From the NCBI GenBank assembly GCA_049999805.1, contig JBNGIO010006279.1, forward strand, positions 154,533 to 210,484: a DNA stretch of 55,952 nt. Reading direction: 5' to 3'. The translations under genes and the position numbers were made by a program. The DNA is from Folioceros fuciformis. Its lineage: Eukaryota. Numbering within the stretch: position 1 is the stretch's first letter; each line of letters begins with the position of its first letter. Below, in pieces: positions 51,676 to 55,952 of this stretch. The notes under the pieces were generated by a model. That model made no database searches, was not told where the DNA came from, and saw nothing but the letters and a program-made list of their open reading frames with translations.

Positions 51676-52851
51676 GGCTGGCCGCGGAATTGACCAACAT
51701 GCACCACCCGGACTCACACACTGCGGGATGCGGAAAGCGGGATGCGAAATGCACAATGCGGAACGGCAGGCCAGGAGCGCGGAACCCCGATCCTTTCCTC
51801 CCCCACTCAGCTGGTTCTAGGAAGATTCCTGGAACTCCTGGCGGGCTGAGGCGAGGTGATGAACAGTGAGGTGTGCTGCCAGGTCGGCGTCGACGGAGCC
51901 GCGTAACCCGACTCGCCTCGCCTCGCCGGTCCCCCGCCCCACAGTGAAAGATTGCTCCACACGGCACTGCGAGCCGCCACCTTCCGCTCCTCCCACACAT
52001 CCCAGCTATCCACACTGCAACGCTCGGGCCGACACGCCGCGCGTTTCATTCCGCCAACCCGCAGATGCAGCCATCTCTCCGCCTCCGGTAATGCGAGGCG
52101 ATCTGTGTCCCATGGGCCCCTGCCTCCCCTAATAATTGGTGCCCGCTTTCTCCGCCTCTCGTTCACTCATGCCCACATCATGCATACAGCTATGTATATA
52201 CATGTATGACCTGAGATGCCTTTTTTACATGAAGATCAGTTTTTACTTCAAGACACACAGTCAGACATTCATCTACAAGTTACAGTTATTTTGAAGTAGG
52301 TAACCAAAGAAAGATGAATCAATCACAGATACTCCAGTCAGGAAATTGAAGGGGACAGAAGCGAACGCTGATGCTCTGCGATGGCAAAGATGCCTCCGCT
52401 ACATGATACAAGTCAGAAGAGGTGACACGTCCTCGGGAAACGGGATGCGAAGGGCCCGGATTAACTGCTGAGCCGCTTAACCTGTGTGTTGCCGGGCTCA
52501 GGGCGCCTGGTGAAGCGAACCGTTTGTTCGTCTGTTTTTCGAATCACCGGGCGGCCTCTCATGACCCGCTCACTTGCACCTCCACCGTTCTACCTGCACT
52601 GGACTGAGGTCTCAGGAACACTTCGTCCTTCTGAGCGATGCACTTAAGGAATGAATAATGTTGGACCAGCTCACAATAGGCCGAGGTAGAAGTGCCTTCC
52701 GCAGTGGCATCTTTGGTCCCACGTACACGAAATAGGTTAGGGAGGTGCGTCTTCAAGTTTCAACACACGTGTTTGCTGGCAAGCAATAGCTCTGTCCCTC
52801 CTGTCCCTCACAGGCAACGTTTGGCGCTGGCGTGGAAGGTACCAGATACAT

Positions 52852-55800
52852 TCAACCTGCTTCCTTACTGGTGAGGACCACTTTCTTGGCTCCAACGTCT
52901 TTCGAACCCAAATATTTCCGGTGTTTGGAGGTCCAGATCCTTTTGGCTATGGCGCCGGGATCCACAGATGGCCGCTGGGACTTGTTCCCCACAGGGAGAA
53001 CCTGGAATTGTCCTCGGGTGAACTCCATGGACACCTTCAGATTTATCCAAACTTTAAGCGCACTGCTCAGCTGGGTGATGCGTTTGCTTTTCCAAGACCT
53101 CAAGTAGTCAAACATAGTGGTGTCCACCCTCAACGTAACTTGAGGCCATTTCTGAGCTCCAAGGTCTGCTCCTTGACTTGATGGGTTTCCTTCAGCTAAA
53201 GAGCGCTGAATGGCTCGTTCAATCTTGGAAAGAGTGGTCTCACGAGCTTCAACACGACCAGCACCCCGGCAGCAAGAGCATGGGTCACTAATAGTCAGAG
53301 TCACACTGGGTCTTACTCGCTTTCTGGTCAGTTCCATCACCCCGAATTGCGAAATGTCCGAAATATACACCTTGGATCTGTCACGAGCGATAGCCTTCTT
53401 CATTTCCTCAACTACCAACGATTCATGTTTTTCGTCCTCCATGTCAATGAAGTCCACAACTATAATACCTCCGACGTCTCGCAGGCGCAGCTCCGTAGCA
53501 ATCTGCCTTGCAGCAGCAAGGTTGACTTCTAATATAGCATCTTTCTGGGAGGTAGAGACATTGAGCATCCCAATCCCACCATTCACATCAATTGACACTA
53601 AGGCTTCAGTCTCTTGAACCACCAAATACGCACCGTTGGACAACTGCACTCTTTCACTGGAAAACTTGTCTATCTGAGACTCAATATTGAAGGCATCGAA
53701 GATGGGCTGTTTCCCTGAAAATAATTCCACACGGTTCAACAAGTGTGGAGCCACTTCGGCCAGGTAACTCGTAACCTCCTGATAGCACTGGGGAGAGTCA
53801 ACTACCATCCTCTGTACTTTGTCATTGAAAAAATCTCTGACAACAGTCAACGTCTGCCCCATAGCTCTGTGAAGTAGAACAGGTACAGCATCCTCTACCC
53901 CATTCTCGGCTGCGGTTGCAGCAGCTTCAGCTCGTTCCATCACATCATTCCATGTCTCACAGAGGCGAGTTATATCCTTCTCAAGTTCTTCCGAAGTGTG
54001 ACCCATCGCTTCTGTCCGTACAGTCAATCCAAAATTTCCAGTTTGCAAATTTTGGGCCACCCCTCTCAGCCTTGACCGTTCTGGACCTGAGATCTTTTGC
54101 GAAATGCCCACACAATCACCGTTGGGGACAACTACCCAGAATCGTCCAGCCAATGTCGGATATGCAGTTAGACGAGGTCCTTTCTTCCCCATAGCTTCCT
54201 TTTTCACCTGAACAATAATCTTCATGCCTTCCTCAAGGTTCCTCCACCTGCTGAACTTTCTACCAAAATTCACAGTCAGCGGTCTCGCCCCTCCAGCTAT
54301 CGGAGTGGGCGTGTGTGGCCCCTCACCTACCATATCCTCCCCTTCAGACTCTCTGCCAGGACGCCCATTCTGACTACCAGGAGTGACATCTACATCCTCC
54401 TCACCTTCATCATCTCCGAATGTATGCTCTGGCTCAAAATCTACCACCTCATGATCCCCAACTGCTTCGTCCGTCACGGTCACAATGTCTTCCTCATCAC
54501 CAGTCGGCTCCAGATCCTGATCAGCCCCATGATCATCATTCTTTTGAGAACTAAGGGCAGGGAAGGTATAAGGTTGTACGTTTCTTGTGATATCGAGGAG
54601 AGCCATACGAGGGCTTCCAATATCAACAAACACACCAACCATGCCGGGTAGCAACTGTTTTACACACCCAAGGTAGATGTTTCCCACCTGCACTTTGGAA
54701 TTTACCGGTTCCAGCAGCAACTCCACAAGTTTGCCGTCCTCGAGTATTGCCATCCTCTGCATCGTGCTTTCAGGTGCGTTAATAAGGATCTCAACCATTG
54801 TCTCCAGCTCTTTTTCAGTCCTTTGTTCCTGCACTTCTTCCATATCACTCCCTGCCGCTTTGGCAGCTTGCTTCTTCTCATCTAAAGTTCTCAAGAACTC
54901 CTGTCTTTCTGCCAACAGCTCAGACTCGAGCAACCAAGGCTCTTCTCTGGGTAGAACCTTCCTTCTAATCTTCTTCTTCAGCCAGTCATCAATAATAAGA
55001 ACATTTGCCTCAATTTGCCGGGTCACTGGGACAGGCAAATCTGGTCCTTTGCTTGCACTGCTCAGTTCCAACTCTTTCCCTGAACTGTCAGGCAATTCCA
55101 CAACCAATCCCTCCTTCTCAACGGCTGGCTTCTTAGCCAGCTCTTCATTCAAAGTCGATCTTCCATTCACAACCGGGTCAGCCTTGGAGCTCCCAGATGC
55201 ACCAACTTCATCCCACCACTTCCCCCATAACAGGGATGATACATTTTCAGGCGTATTTAAAGCCCATACGTCCTGCAGAGCCACAACCTGCGGACCTGAC
55301 TTCTGATCGCCAGGGACTTGAAACTGAAACCGGCCTCCGGGCCTCCACACAATATCAGCAGTCCCATCCCCCGAACCTACAAAATAGTTGTACTCCACCG
55401 CTGCGCCACACTCAATTCTCCGCTTAGCCTCCCAAACTCCTTCTTTATTTACCCTGACCATCTGAACAGCTAACGAGGGATCCCATGCCCCAAGCTCCGG
55501 TACAGATCCGCACAGAAACAATCGTTGCCCCACCTTCAGCTGTGCCTGCACAGACCACTCCACACTGCACCTGGCCTTCGCCGCAAACATGACCTTACTC
55601 TGGCCCTTCTTCTTCCTCTTTTCCCTCTTCATACTCGACGACCCTTCCTGTCTCACGACCTGATCTGCTGCCTCTTCATCCATCACTGCAACAGAGCCAG
55701 CTCCCTCAGCCCGATACCCCTCATCCTCCACAAACTCACCGCTCTCCTCCACGCTAACATCTGAGACAGCAAGATTTACATCCTCTAGCTCGCTTGTTGC

Positions 55801-55952
55801 AGTAGCTTTCCTCCTACCCCTCCTTCTCTTCCTCCTCTTATCCTGGTCCACACCTCCCTCCCCCTCTCCCTCTGCATGTCCTGCCAACTCATTTTCACTC
55901 ACGTCACTCTCCGCTTCAACATCGTCCACTCCAATCACTCCTGCCTCCTCCT
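52852..55952 (-). CDS. RNE: Plastid ribonuclease E/G-like protein with N-terminal CBM20-like domain; 5'-truncated by the window edge, no introns in the visible part
   Basis: S1-domain VGNIYLG...LPGMVGVFVDIG; VQVKKEAMGKKGPRLT; TEALVSIDVNGG; LRLRDVGGIIVVDFIDM; GVMELTRKR; Zn-link CSCCRGAG; CBM20-like LFLCGSVPELGAWDP. The frame is open to position 55952. Confidence 0.95.
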   Translation of the reverse strand, partial: EEAGVIGVDDVEAESDVSENELAGHAEGEGEGGVDQDKRRKRRRGRRKATATSELEDVNLAVSDVSVEESGEFVEDEGYRAEGAGSVAVMDEEAADQVVRQEGSSSMKREKRKKKGQSKVMFAAKARCSVEWSVQAQLKVGQRLFLCGSVPELGAWDPSLAVQMVRVNKEGVWEAKRRIECGAAVEYNYFVGSGDGTADIVWRPGGRFQFQVPGDQKSGPQVVALQDVWALNTPENVSSLLWGKWWDEVGASGSSKADPVVNGRSTLNEELAKKPAVEKEGLVVELPDSSGKELELSSASKGPDLPVPVTRQIEANVLIIDDWLKKKIRRKVLPREEPWLLESELLAERQEFLRTLDEKKQAAKAAGSDMEEVQEQRTEKELETMVEILINAPESTMQRMAILEDGKLVELLLEPVNSKVQVGNIYLGCVKQLLPGMVGVFVDIGSPRMALLDITRNVQPYTFPALSSQKNDDHGADQDLEPTGDEEDIVTVTDEAVGDHEVVDFEPEHTFGDDEGEEDVDVTPGSQNGRPGRESEGEDMVGEGPHTPTPIAGGARPLTVNFGRKFSRWRNLEEGMKIIVQVKKEAMGKKGPRLTAYPTLAGRFWVVVPNGDCVGISQKISGPERSRLRGVAQNLQTGNFGLTVRTEAMGHTSEELEKDITRLCETWNDVMERAEAAATAAENGVEDAVPVLLHRAMGQTLTVVRDFFNDKVQRMVVDSPQCYQEVTSYLAEVAPHLLNRVELFSGKQPIFDAFNIESQIDKFSSERVQLSNGAYLVVQETEALVSIDVNGGIGMLNVSTSQKDAILEVNLAAARQIATELRLRDVGGIIVVDFIDMEDEKHESLVVEEMKKAIARDRSKVYISDISQFGVMELTRKRVRPSVTLTISDPCSCCRGAGRVEARETTLSKIERAIQRSLAEGNPSSQGADLGAQKWPQVTLRVDTTMFDYLRSWKSKRITQLSSALKVWINLKVSMEFTRGQFQVLPVGNKSQRPSVDPGAIAKRIWTSKHRKYLGSKDVGAKKVVLTSKEAG

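Overview
Gene-dense land-plant nuclear DNA with short (~90-160 nt) spliceosomal introns. The compactness and a DYW:KP/GRP-type PPR gene suggest a seed-free plant, most likely a hornwort (inference). I identify 13 protein-coding genes: HKT/Trk cation transporter (5'-open), cytosolic phosphoglucomutase, RAD50, chloroplast FBPase, an intronless ARK-like kinesin, a SAM methyltransferase, a ~2343-aa GBP/VLIG-like GTPase with Cys/His repeats and a VWA domain, a secreted right-handed beta-helix protein, a PLS-class PPR protein with a DYW:KP domain ending in GRA, Snu114/GFA1, a PAXX-like gene, a class-3 lipase and plastid RNase E/G (5'-truncated). There is also a frameshifted transposon-like ORF relic, a decayed local duplicate of the PAXX-like gene, small tandem repeats and a 100-N gap. 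The most interesting block is 23.8-40.6 kb: the giant GTPase-VWA gene (candidate uncharacterised immunity-type system), a bacterial-like beta-helix gene and a candidate U-to-C RNA-editing factor. No tRNA, rRNA or CRISPR array is supported. Family assignments come from recognising motifs by eye; no database searches were run.
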